DNA of 64,000 nt from a phage: the sequence record PZ338878.1. One strand, given 5' to 3'. A program made the translations under genes and the position numbers. Shown one piece after another: positions 9,179-18,216 of the stretch (its first letter is position 1; the number at the start of each line of letters is the position of its first letter). Under the pieces are notes generated by a model. It saw only the letters and a program-made list of their open reading frames with translations, was not told the DNA's origin and did no database searches.

Positions 9179-11338
9179 ATGAAACAGGCTATTTTTACTG
9201 TAACTCGAAATACGAGAGTAAATGCCAGTTCATTCAGCTATAAGACCGTCGATGGAACGGCGGTCGCTGGTAGAGATTATGTAGCTAAACAGGGAACAGT
9301 AACGTTCCCTTCTGATGCAGATTCTGCTACTGTGGTGGTTGATGTATATGAACGTCCGGCAAACTCTTTAGATCTTTATTTTACTCTTGAGATTACTAGC
9401 ATAAGTCAAAATAACATGATGATCAATGAAGAAATTCGTTGTGTTATTACGACTAATCAATCGAATACAACCCCGCTAACTTGGCCTGTTGTGAAGTCTA
9501 GAATGTTTGATCCTAAGTTTTGGACAATAGATTCTCAAGCAACAGAAAGTTGTTCTATTATCTCTAATGGTGATTCTTTCACAGCAAGAATGGTTAATAG
9601 GACAGTGGCTGGTCTTGCTGGGATTATTTGGTCAACTTACGATAAATATGATCACAAAGGATTAGGCTACCAAGAACATTCTGACTTAAGTAAAGAGAAA
9701 CTTTGGTTTAAAATGGAACTTAGTCAAGGTGTTCCTGGATTAAAAGAAGAAAAATTAATACCATCCTTAACAGTGACACTGAAGGATGAAACAGTTCATT
9801 ATGTATCTCTAAACTTTTATGCAGAAGAAGTTTCAGAAGATGGTAAGACAGCAACAATCAAATTAGATTTCTCAAACTTAAAATCGGGGCCAGAAAATGA
9901 TATTGTTGTTGACACTACACAAATAGATAATATGTTCTTCTCCTTGATCTCAACGAGGTATCAAGAAATTGAAGATATTATTCCTGTAGACAATGAGGAT
10001 CTTTCCTTTAAGTTTACCATACTGGAGCCTGATACTGGTTACAGTATGATGAATATGGGTAATTTAAATGTTCCAGCACACACCATAAGAATGTGTACAT
10101 CTTATGATGATATGTATAACCTGACCCCAGAGCGAATTATTTCTAACACCTACAGATTAGGTTATAGGGATATGATTAACCACTATAATGGTATGTCACA
10201 CTATTATCAGTTTAGTTGGGATGCTGGTTCTAATAAATGGGCTTTGAATAGAACAGAATATTTAAACCCAGCAACAGAAGCATGGTTTGATAATTTCCAC
10301 GCTAATGCAAAAGCTATGGGCTACACAGTAATGAATTCCTTAAGTTTTGAACTTATGAGTACAGTGTGTCCTGTAGAATGGGTACAACATACTTGGAATG
10401 ATGATCTTGCTGCTACAGGTTATGAGCCACCAAGTTATGTTTTATCTCCTTCAATTGATGAAGGGATGAATTATTTACAAGGTGTAATAAATAAAATAGC
10501 TTCTATATCCGCTGCTAATGATCTTCCGGTTATTATTCAGGTTGGTGAACCGTGGTGGTGGTATAACACAGCTACCAATCTACCGTGTATTTATGATTAT
10601 ACAACCAAAGTTGCATTTAATAATGAAACTGGATTGTATGCACAAGATGTTGGTACAGTTAAAAATTATAAAACTGGTACACCATATAATGAATATTATG
10701 CATTCCTATCTAAAACATTAGGACTGCGTGTTGCTAAATTTGCAACAGATACCAGATTAGCATATCCTGGAGCTAAAGTTACATTGTTACCATTTGTGCC
10801 ATCCATTTTGGGTAATGGTATGATGGAGTTTGTTAACTTCCCTAAAGATTATTATATCCCAGAGAACTTTGACTTTTATTGTTCAGAATGTTATGACTGG
10901 TTGTTGGAAGGTAAGATGGAAAAATCTTTCGACGCTATCACAATACCTAATGAGCAACTAGGTTTTAGTTACGATAAGATACATTATCTTGCAGGGTTTG
11001 TTCCAGACGCAACTCTAGCACCATTATATGGCTTTGATCCTGAATCAGACTACAGAACATATTTGTGGAAAATGATTATAGGTAATATTGTATTGAATGA
11101 TCAGAAGTTTGTTGGTTTATATCAATACATATGGGCTTACCCACAAATAATGCATGATTCAATAACTGTTCTTAATTCAAAATCCCAAGTGTTTTATATG
11201 GGTAATGTGCCTTTGAATTGCTACTTGCAAGATATCACTCTTAAACAGGTAAATGTTGAGATTGCCACTATAAGTGGAATTACATTAGCCACTAAATCTG
11301 GAGAAGATTTAGTAACAACACAAAAATTTTATATATAG
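9179..11338 (+). CDS. virion structural protein (baseplate/fibre-associated)
   Basis: 719 aa ORF tightly packed between structural genes. Confidence 0.45.
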   Translation: MKQAIFTVTRNTRVNASSFSYKTVDGTAVAGRDYVAKQGTVTFPSDADSATVVVDVYERPANSLDLYFTLEITSISQNNMMINEEIRCVITTNQSNTTPLTWPVVKSRMFDPKFWTIDSQATESCSIISNGDSFTARMVNRTVAGLAGIIWSTYDKYDHKGLGYQEHSDLSKEKLWFKMELSQGVPGLKEEKLIPSLTVTLKDETVHYVSLNFYAEEVSEDGKTATIKLDFSNLKSGPENDIVVDTTQIDNMFFSLISTRYQEIEDIIPVDNEDLSFKFTILEPDTGYSMMNMGNLNVPAHTIRMCTSYDDMYNLTPERIISNTYRLGYRDMINHYNGMSHYYQFSWDAGSNKWALNRTEYLNPATEAWFDNFHANAKAMGYTVMNSLSFELMSTVCPVEWVQHTWNDDLAATGYEPPSYVLSPSIDEGMNYLQGVINKIASISAANDLPVIIQVGEPWWWYNTATNLPCIYDYTTKVAFNNETGLYAQDVGTVKNYKTGTPYNEYYAFLSKTLGLRVAKFATDTRLAYPGAKVTLLPFVPSILGNGMMEFVNFPKDYYIPENFDFYCSECYDWLLEGKMEKSFDAITIPNEQLGFSYDKIHYLAGFVPDATLAPLYGFDPESDYRTYLWKMIIGNIVLNDQKFVGLYQYIWAYPQIMHDSITVLNSKSQVFYMGNVPLNCYLQDITLKQVNVEIATISGITLATKSGEDLVTTQKFYI

Positions 11339-11346
11339 GAGTAAAA

Positions 11347-13662
11347 ATGTCAACTACAATTACTAATTTACCCGAAACATCAAAAGTTAATGGTTCTGAT
11401 TACCTGGTTTTAGACCAACCTGATAAGACTGTTAAAAGCACAGTTTCCAACTTTCTTACTAACACTGGGGTGGTTGCTGCGGGGAGTTATACACCTAGAA
11501 CATTAGCCGATAGATTTGCTGATGTATTTAACGTTAAAGACTTTGGTGCAATTGGTGATGGAGTTACCGATGATACAGCAGCACTGCAAGCAGCAATAGG
11601 CGCAGCAGCAACTTCTGGTGTAAAACTGATATGGCCTGCTGGTACTTACTTGTTCACCAAACTTAGTAGCACTATTAGATATGGAGCATACAATTGGGAG
11701 GCAATAGGTCACGTAGAGCTTATCAGCACAGCTAACCCTGTCGGTGAAGCAGGTCAGGCTATACTACTAAGCGGAGCTTATAGTTCAGATCTGCTAAGTT
11801 TCGAGGAATATGATGTTAAGAAAGGTGATAGATCTATTACCTTAAATAAGGTACTTGATGCATCTACAAAAGACCTCATCGTGATTCGTAATAAGCACGT
11901 TGTACGAGGTGATCATCGTGGTAGCTGGCAAGAAGGTCAAATATCAGGTATTACAAAAGTAGAAGGAAATACCATTATGTTAGACCAGAATGCGCAGTAT
12001 TACTATAGGTCTGGTGGTAACTTCCATTTCACAGTTACTGGTGCGGAAAGTGGACGCAAGTTTTCTGCTGCTGAGTTTTCTGTTACCAACCCGCCACGTG
12101 ATGCATTATATCGTATCACAGGAACAACCGGTGTTAATGCTGGTATAACAAAGGTTGTAACAGCATATGATGATGCAACTAAGACCTTCACCATAGGTTC
12201 TGATGCAAACACAGGGTTCCCTAATACACCAGCAGTTGGTGATCAGTTCTTACTAGATAGGAAAGCAGAGGCTTGGTTGGTATACCCAGCAACTGTACAC
12301 ATTTCTGGTGACTTCGTACTTAAGACACAGCGTGGCCTTATTACAGATGCAGAAAAAGGTTCTCTCGCATGGGATGGACTTGTTCTAAGATATTGCCGTG
12401 ACAGCAAGATACAACTTGGTGGTGTACACAATTTCCCTAACTCAGGTGTTACAGTGAATATGTCATTGCGTGTTCATGTCAATGTAAGTAATATTACTGG
12501 GGCTAACAGGGTGTGGGATGGGTCAGGAGGCTCTGGTAATGCGGTATCCATTAACACCAGTAGCTTCTGCATAGTAGAAGGTCTGTCTTCGACAGGTTGC
12601 CGAAGGGGTGTAGATGTCACCGGTAGTAACTGGTCTAGTTTCTATAACATGATTAAAGACATCTCTGTGAGAGGGGGTGGCGTAGGTTTCACAGGTCAAT
12701 CTATCTTCCCACAGATAGGGTCTGCTGCTGATTGCTATGGAGTGGGCAGTCATGGCGGAGCTGTAGGTACAATGTATGATGGATGTGATTTAGTGGATTG
12801 CACTATACCATTTACCATACGTGGTTTTGATGAGAGTATTCAGAATAGTACAATTCGTGGGTATTGCTCTCAGCCAATTCGCCTGTATTACGCAAGCGGG
12901 TGCTACATTAACAATGTTACATACTCTGACGGTTTCACAGAAACTAAAGGGAGCACTAGCGAGTGGCAGACGATTACAACGACAGAGTACCGTAAGTTAC
13001 GACCAATTAGTTTCTTGACTATCACAGATACTTGGTCTTTTGAAACACCAACTGTAGTGGAGAATTGTGTTGCCAAATCTATTACTCGCTCTTTTGCTTA
13101 TGTAACAACAAAGGAAGAACAGCTAGATAACTTGGTACTTAAGGGTTGTATAGCTTATGTGGATAACTATGGCGCATCTACCACTGATGCAGCTTTCTTG
13201 CAAGTGATTGGTACTCCAGAGTTCCTAGGTAATATAGGTATGTTTGGTGGATGTGATCTTATTTTAGTTGGTTCAAACAACACAGTAAGCTCAAGTCAAA
13301 TGGTGAGAATTGCCTCCGCTTGTACTGGTATCATCCGCAGAAGTGAGACATTGTGGGAAGTAAGGATTAATTCAGGAGAGCAGAAGCGTGTGCCTCTTTC
13401 GAAAACATCTTCTATGCTTCTTGTAGATGTAGCTAACATGGGCAACCCAGGTAACTATAGTGCTTGCAATGTAATCATGGGTAAGGACGATGCAACCGAT
13501 TACTCGCCACTAAGCTCCTTCAACAAGAATAAGGTAGAGTTGCGAGATACTGGAGGGGCAACTGCCGGCACTCTTGCCTTATGGTTTTCTGGTAACAAGC
13601 TAGGAATAACTAATGGTTTCGGAGGAAAAGCTAATATACTTATAGATATTAGATCGTTCTAA
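11347..13662 (+). CDS. tailspike protein with pectate-lyase-like beta-helix domain (depolymerase 1)
   Basis: FGAIGDGVTDDTAALQAAI motif typical of pectate_lyase_3 / right-handed beta-helix tailspikes; fibre-type N-terminal motif. Confidence 0.7.
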   Translation: MSTTITNLPETSKVNGSDYLVLDQPDKTVKSTVSNFLTNTGVVAAGSYTPRTLADRFADVFNVKDFGAIGDGVTDDTAALQAAIGAAATSGVKLIWPAGTYLFTKLSSTIRYGAYNWEAIGHVELISTANPVGEAGQAILLSGAYSSDLLSFEEYDVKKGDRSITLNKVLDASTKDLIVIRNKHVVRGDHRGSWQEGQISGITKVEGNTIMLDQNAQYYYRSGGNFHFTVTGAESGRKFSAAEFSVTNPPRDALYRITGTTGVNAGITKVVTAYDDATKTFTIGSDANTGFPNTPAVGDQFLLDRKAEAWLVYPATVHISGDFVLKTQRGLITDAEKGSLAWDGLVLRYCRDSKIQLGGVHNFPNSGVTVNMSLRVHVNVSNITGANRVWDGSGGSGNAVSINTSSFCIVEGLSSTGCRRGVDVTGSNWSSFYNMIKDISVRGGGVGFTGQSIFPQIGSAADCYGVGSHGGAVGTMYDGCDLVDCTIPFTIRGFDESIQNSTIRGYCSQPIRLYYASGCYINNVTYSDGFTETKGSTSEWQTITTTEYRKLRPISFLTITDTWSFETPTVVENCVAKSITRSFAYVTTKEEQLDNLVLKGCIAYVDNYGASTTDAAFLQVIGTPEFLGNIGMFGGCDLILVGSNNTVSSSQMVRIASACTGIIRRSETLWEVRINSGEQKRVPLSKTSSMLLVDVANMGNPGNYSACNVIMGKDDATDYSPLSSFNKNKVELRDTGGATAGTLALWFSGNKLGITNGFGGKANILIDIRSF

Positions 13663-13752
13663 TGCCACTAATCAAATCAGTTAAGCAAAGTGCTGTACGC
13701 CAGAACACACAAGAGGTTATTCAGTCAGGACGTGACACTAAACAGGTTATAA

Positions 13753-13775
13753 GACCCCTCTTCGGAGGGGTTTAC
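13753..13775 (+). terminator. terminator-like hairpin
   Basis: ACCCCTC-TTCG-GAGGGGT followed by TTT, downstream of the tailspike stop. Confidence 0.45.
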
Positions 13776-13796
13776 TAGAAAAACAAAGAGGTACTT

Positions 13797-13946
13797 ATGA
13801 ACGAATTATTCTACCAAGGCGGTATTGCCCCAGGTACTACTGCCATTAGTCTTAGTGCTGCTGTACTTGTGCATTCAGCGGGTTCTGTAGACCTTGGGGA
13901 ATTAGCTGTATCTTGTGATTTAAAAAGTAATGAGAACGCACCATGA
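13797..13946 (+). CDS. small hydrophobic protein (49 aa)
   Basis: ATG 6 nt after AAAGAGG; hydrophobic core IAPGTTAISLSAAVLVHSAG; stop overlaps the start of the next ORF; not in ORF track because under 60 aa. Confidence 0.3.
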   Translation: MNELFYQGGIAPGTTAISLSAAVLVHSAGSVDLGELAVSCDLKSNENAP

Positions 13947-14188
13947 GAAAATTTTTAATAGGTATGTTTTGTACATATCCTGATAATAAAGTCAGTTCTA
14001 CTAAAGTTTGGAATGCTATTGGTATGATTGTTATGTCCAGTATGTTTATTTATTTGGGAATTGATAAAGAAATTCCTGAATGGATGGGCTGGGCTTTTGT
14101 TTTTATGATCACACCATCCAGACTAATGAAGAATTTAATAGATTTACGTTGGGGCAGATCACCTGCCCCTGATAAGGAGGATAACTAA
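13943..14188 (+). CDS. small membrane protein (two predicted TM helices)
   Basis: 81 aa with two hydrophobic stretches (IGMIVMSSMFIYLGI, WMGWAFVFMITP); ATGA coupling to downstream gene. Confidence 0.4.
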   Translation: MRKFLIGMFCTYPDNKVSSTKVWNAIGMIVMSSMFIYLGIDKEIPEWMGWAFVFMITPSRLMKNLIDLRWGRSPAPDKEDN

Positions 14189-15675
14189 TGGCAGATTATG
14201 GTTTAACAGATGCTGGTTTTGTAATTCCAACGTTTGATGATATTTTAAATAATTATATGACAGCATTGAAAAACACTTTCGGTGCAGATACAGCTACATC
14301 TGAAGATACTGTCTTTGGTCAACTGTTTCGTATTATTGCATATACAGATTACACACTTTGGGAAGGTATGCAAGGTGTTTACAATACCCAAACCTTAGAT
14401 GGTGCAGAAGGTATTTACCTTGATGAAATTTTCTCTAAAAGGGGTTTTTATCGTAAAGCTGCTTCTGCTGGTAGTGGTTATGCTTATGTTAAATCTAACA
14501 ATAAGGCAGCTTGGACTTATGAACTAAGCACAGATGTTTATTTTAATGCCGATAACGATTTGACATATTATGTCAGTGCACCAACAATGTTGAATGCTAA
14601 GATTGGAGCATATACCATTTCTAAAGCAAACGCAACAGCTTCTGGTGAAACTTCTATTACTTTCTACATTCAAAGTGCTATTGATGGTGGTCTTAACAGT
14701 AAAACATTAAGTCCTAGCAATACAAACTTTATTGTAGATCTCACGAATTTCATTAAAGCTAACGTATCAACAACAGATCGTGCTTTAGTATGGAATGATG
14801 CTAGTAATGTTTACATGGGTTATAATCCAGAAGATAATGTTAATCCAATAGGTCTAGTAACACCAGTGAAATTTTATGCATCTATTGCCATTGGTACAAA
14901 ATGGAGTGAAATTCCAGTTACGTGTTCAGACGTTGGTTATAATCCAGTAGGTACAGAAAGTATTACAGGTATTTCTTCAACGTTTACAGGCTTTTTAGAT
15001 ACAGGTAACTTCTATCCGTTCTCTCCAGGTACAGATGTTGAAACAGATGCAGAATTCCGTTCTCGTTTCAATGATAATATGGATGAAGCTAATGCTGCTA
15101 CTCGTGCTGCTATTGTTAAAGCTCTATTACTGACAGACGGTGTGACAAAGGTTAAGATTTATGATAACCCTACACTACACGATCAGGAACATGCTCCAGC
15201 TATGACATTTCAGACTATTGTGTATGGTGGTACAGCAGAAGAAGTTGCACAGGTTATTTATAATACTAAGCCTATTAACACCTTAACTTATGGTACGACA
15301 GCAATTACTATCATAACAGAAGATGGTGGTCAAGAAGTAATTCGTTTTTCTCCTGGTGATAATGCGGAATACTCACTTAAACTGGTATATCAAACTGGCA
15401 ATGGTAGTGTGTTAAGTACAACAGAAAGGGAAAATATTGTTTCTGCTCTTGCAAACTTACAGGCTTATTTTGAATTAGGCTCAACAGTAACTAACGATCA
15501 GATAAAAGGTGTAATTTATTCTGCACTTGCGTTCGGACGCTTGACTTCTCTCCGTGTTTATGTTAAACTTAATACTGAGGATGACAGTAAATATAATGAG
15601 GGAGATATCACTCCAGCGTACAATGTTGTACCATCCTTTGACCTTGATAATATTTCCTACGAGTACGGAGTCTAA
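14188..15675 (+). CDS. baseplate J-like protein
   Basis: 495 aa; position after gp25-like and before gpI-like/fibre genes; N-terminal region resembles gpJ/gp47 family. Confidence 0.5.
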   Translation: MADYGLTDAGFVIPTFDDILNNYMTALKNTFGADTATSEDTVFGQLFRIIAYTDYTLWEGMQGVYNTQTLDGAEGIYLDEIFSKRGFYRKAASAGSGYAYVKSNNKAAWTYELSTDVYFNADNDLTYYVSAPTMLNAKIGAYTISKANATASGETSITFYIQSAIDGGLNSKTLSPSNTNFIVDLTNFIKANVSTTDRALVWNDASNVYMGYNPEDNVNPIGLVTPVKFYASIAIGTKWSEIPVTCSDVGYNPVGTESITGISSTFTGFLDTGNFYPFSPGTDVETDAEFRSRFNDNMDEANAATRAAIVKALLLTDGVTKVKIYDNPTLHDQEHAPAMTFQTIVYGGTAEEVAQVIYNTKPINTLTYGTTAITIITEDGGQEVIRFSPGDNAEYSLKLVYQTGNGSVLSTTERENIVSALANLQAYFELGSTVTNDQIKGVIYSALAFGRLTSLRVYVKLNTEDDSKYNEGDITPAYNVVPSFDLDNISYEYGV

Positions 15676-15677
15676 AA

Positions 15678-16307
15678 ATGGCAGTGAGTGTTGACCATGT
15701 GACAACGTGGGATAGTATCAATGAAGATGTTAAAGACCTACTGATTGAAGATTTTAAATCTTCTCCGAACATTGTCAAACTACTCTATATCATTTCTAGC
15801 GAAAAACAAAAGATAGATCAGGCAATGATCTATCTTGCCAAACACCGCTTAATCTCTACTGCAACTGGTAAGTATTTAGATCTTATTGGTGAAGAGATGG
15901 GGATGGAGAGAAATGGTGCTACGGATGAAGAGTATCGTACAATATTAAAAATCAGGGCTTATCGTGTTGCGTCTTCTGGTACGCGAGATGATATCATTGA
16001 TATGTTCGCTCGTTTTACAGGAACAGAAAAAGAAACGATCAATACATACGTTGGATTAAATAAAACATTCGACGTATTCTTTTATAATTTGTGTCTACAA
16101 TCCGATCAGGCAGTAGCACAGTTACTTAACGTTTTCCCGATCCTAAGTAGTTATCGCTTAGGTGCGAAAGCGGGTGCAGCCTTTGGTTTCACTTCCTATT
16201 ATGCCACAAAGCCACCTCATGGTATAGGTGGTTTAGGTTCTCTTTACACAGAGGCTGAAGGAGATGATACAGGGCGAATGACTATGCTGATAGCTCAAAT
16301 AGAATAA
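15678..16307 (+). CDS. baseplate protein (gpI-like by position)
   Basis: 209 aa directly downstream of the J-like gene. Confidence 0.4.
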   Translation: MAVSVDHVTTWDSINEDVKDLLIEDFKSSPNIVKLLYIISSEKQKIDQAMIYLAKHRLISTATGKYLDLIGEEMGMERNGATDEEYRTILKIRAYRVASSGTRDDIIDMFARFTGTEKETINTYVGLNKTFDVFFYNLCLQSDQAVAQLLNVFPILSSYRLGAKAGAAFGFTSYYATKPPHGIGGLGSLYTEAEGDDTGRMTMLIAQIE

Positions 16308-16320
16308 GGAGTTACTCTTA

Positions 16321-17301
16321 ATGGCAAAGCCACAATACTACCCTGACTGGGCGACACAAACAGTAACCCTCCCAGGAACGGGAAACACAAACAAGATTAG
16401 ACCAAAAGAAACCATCCGTAATGTTGGTATGGATTTTGGTCAGATTATGACTTGTGAAGAAATGAACTGGATCTTGAACAATATTGGGTCTTGGATTCGC
16501 TATATGCAAGATGAATTCTTCCCAACATTGCCTACTACATATCTTCCTATAGTCGGTACTAAAATTACAATGGCAGGTGATGCTACAGGTGAAGTTACAT
16601 GGAATGGTAATGCTGCTGTAACATTATCTATTCAAGTCGTAGATAATAGTCATAATCACTTATCAGCTAACATTACAGACGCAACATCAAACCAAGTTGT
16701 AGGAAATGTCCTTGTTAAGCGTGATAATGGTGGTGCTATCTATGCAGGTGATATTTACACTTGTGGTACAGGTGCTACAGATCCTGCAACATTATTTTTT
16801 AGAAACTATAACGGACAAACAGTAGGCAATATGTCTTCTGAACCAGGTGCAGGTGGTCAACTCTATATTTATAGAATAAATCCATCTACTGGAGGAACAT
16901 CTTGTGGAGTCCGTTTGTATGATGCAGGTTATGTTTTAATAGACAACCCTCGTTCTAATTCTGGTCAAGATACTGGTAATGGTAATGCTCTTGTAAGATT
17001 AGATTATCTTAACTCAAGACTAAACTCATTGCAAAGTACACTGCAAAATAATATTAACAACGTTAATAGCAACTTGCAAGGCCAAATTAATAACATTAAC
17101 AATAGAGTTTCTTCTGTTGTGTCTTCTATCCGTCTAGGTACACGTATTAAAGCTGGTGTATCTGAATCTCCTTTCTATGCTGGTCACGTGATCACAGGCT
17201 GGGGTTTTGGTGATAAGAAAGAACTTCGTGGTGCTTGGTATTGGTCTGCTCCGCTACAATATTACATTAATGGTAGGTGGATAACAGTAACCAACGTTTA
17301 G
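16321..17301 (+). CDS. tail fibre protein
   Basis: 326 aa; Gly/Thr/Asn-rich beta region and C-terminal coiled coil (LNSRLNSLQSTLQNNINNVNSNLQGQINNINNRVSSV). Confidence 0.55.
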   Translation: MAKPQYYPDWATQTVTLPGTGNTNKIRPKETIRNVGMDFGQIMTCEEMNWILNNIGSWIRYMQDEFFPTLPTTYLPIVGTKITMAGDATGEVTWNGNAAVTLSIQVVDNSHNHLSANITDATSNQVVGNVLVKRDNGGAIYAGDIYTCGTGATDPATLFFRNYNGQTVGNMSSEPGAGGQLYIYRINPSTGGTSCGVRLYDAGYVLIDNPRSNSGQDTGNGNALVRLDYLNSRLNSLQSTLQNNINNVNSNLQGQINNINNRVSSVVSSIRLGTRIKAGVSESPFYAGHVITGWGFGDKKELRGAWYWSAPLQYYINGRWITVTNV

Positions 17302-17313
17302 TAAGGAGAACAC

Positions 17314-17865
17314 ATGAAAAAAGATGTTATTTACACTGGCTTTGAACTATATCAACCAGAATTGACAGAAGAAAATGTCATCTATCTTTCAATAGGTGCT
17401 GGTTTTCTTAAAGATAAAGATGGTAATGATTGGTACGAAATTCAGAAATATTTATCCAAAAATTACCCTGATGCCTATTTCTTAACTCTAGATCACAATA
17501 ATGTAGTTGTTGCAGCTACGAAAGATGTTTCTACATATTTTCCCGCTGGTCTTACTGTTCTTGTAACATACAATGTTCCAGATAAAATAGAAGAAGAAAG
17601 CAACCTAGGATCGTGGAGATATGACAATGGTAAGTTTATTTCTCATAATGGGTTTGCAATAGAAGATGCCAACCTTAAAATGGAAAAAGAATTAACTTGG
17701 GCCACAAATCAAATATCTGCAATTCAAGATTTAGAGGAATTACAAGGTTTATCTGAAGAACAAAAAGATTGGTTAGGAAAAGTTAAACTATATCGTGCAA
17801 CACTGATTCAAATTAACGTTGAAGATGCACCTAATATAACTTGGCCTACAAGACCTAAGAAATAG
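17314..17865 (+). CDS. tail fibre assembly chaperone (Tfa-like)
   Basis: 183 aa immediately after the fibre gene; C-terminus (DWLGKVKLYRATLIQINVEDAPNITWPTRP) resembles the Tfa/gpG C-terminal signature. Confidence 0.5.
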   Translation: MKKDVIYTGFELYQPELTEENVIYLSIGAGFLKDKDGNDWYEIQKYLSKNYPDAYFLTLDHNNVVVAATKDVSTYFPAGLTVLVTYNVPDKIEEESNLGSWRYDNGKFISHNGFAIEDANLKMEKELTWATNQISAIQDLEELQGLSEEQKDWLGKVKLYRATLIQINVEDAPNITWPTRPKK

Positions 17866-17874
17866 GGGTAATGT

Positions 17875-18216
17875 ATGGAGCTAACAGAAGTATGGGATAT
17901 CGCTAAAGAGGCGATTATCCCTCTTATTGGTGTAATCTGGGTGGTCTTCAAACAGAAGATAGATGATATAGCAAGTGATTTGGATAAAATGGAAGACAAA
18001 TACCGTGAACTAGAAAAGAAGTTGGTGTTTGTTGAATCCACTTATGCTACCAAAGCAGAACTTGCTCAAATGCTTAACCAGATCAACTCTACATTAATGG
18101 CAAATAATACTGCCTTAGAACAGAAGATTGAAAAAATAATGGATTTAAAAAATGCTCCTGTTCAATTAATGCTAGAGGAGATTACGAAGCGCACACAAAG
18201 TAAGGACAAAAATTAA
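17875..18216 (+). CDS. hypothetical coiled-coil protein
   Basis: 113 aa; N-terminal hydrophobic segment then charged helix; ATGA-type coupling to next gene. Confidence 0.4.
   Translation: MELTEVWDIAKEAIIPLIGVIWVVFKQKIDDIASDLDKMEDKYRELEKKLVFVESTYATKAELAQMLNQINSTLMANNTALEQKIEKIMDLKNAPVQLMLEEITKRTQSKDKN

Noticed and set aside
13662-13776. 37-codon plus-strand ORF after the tailspike gene
   Set aside because: Its coding sequence is mostly the terminator hairpin; no RBS; more likely non-coding
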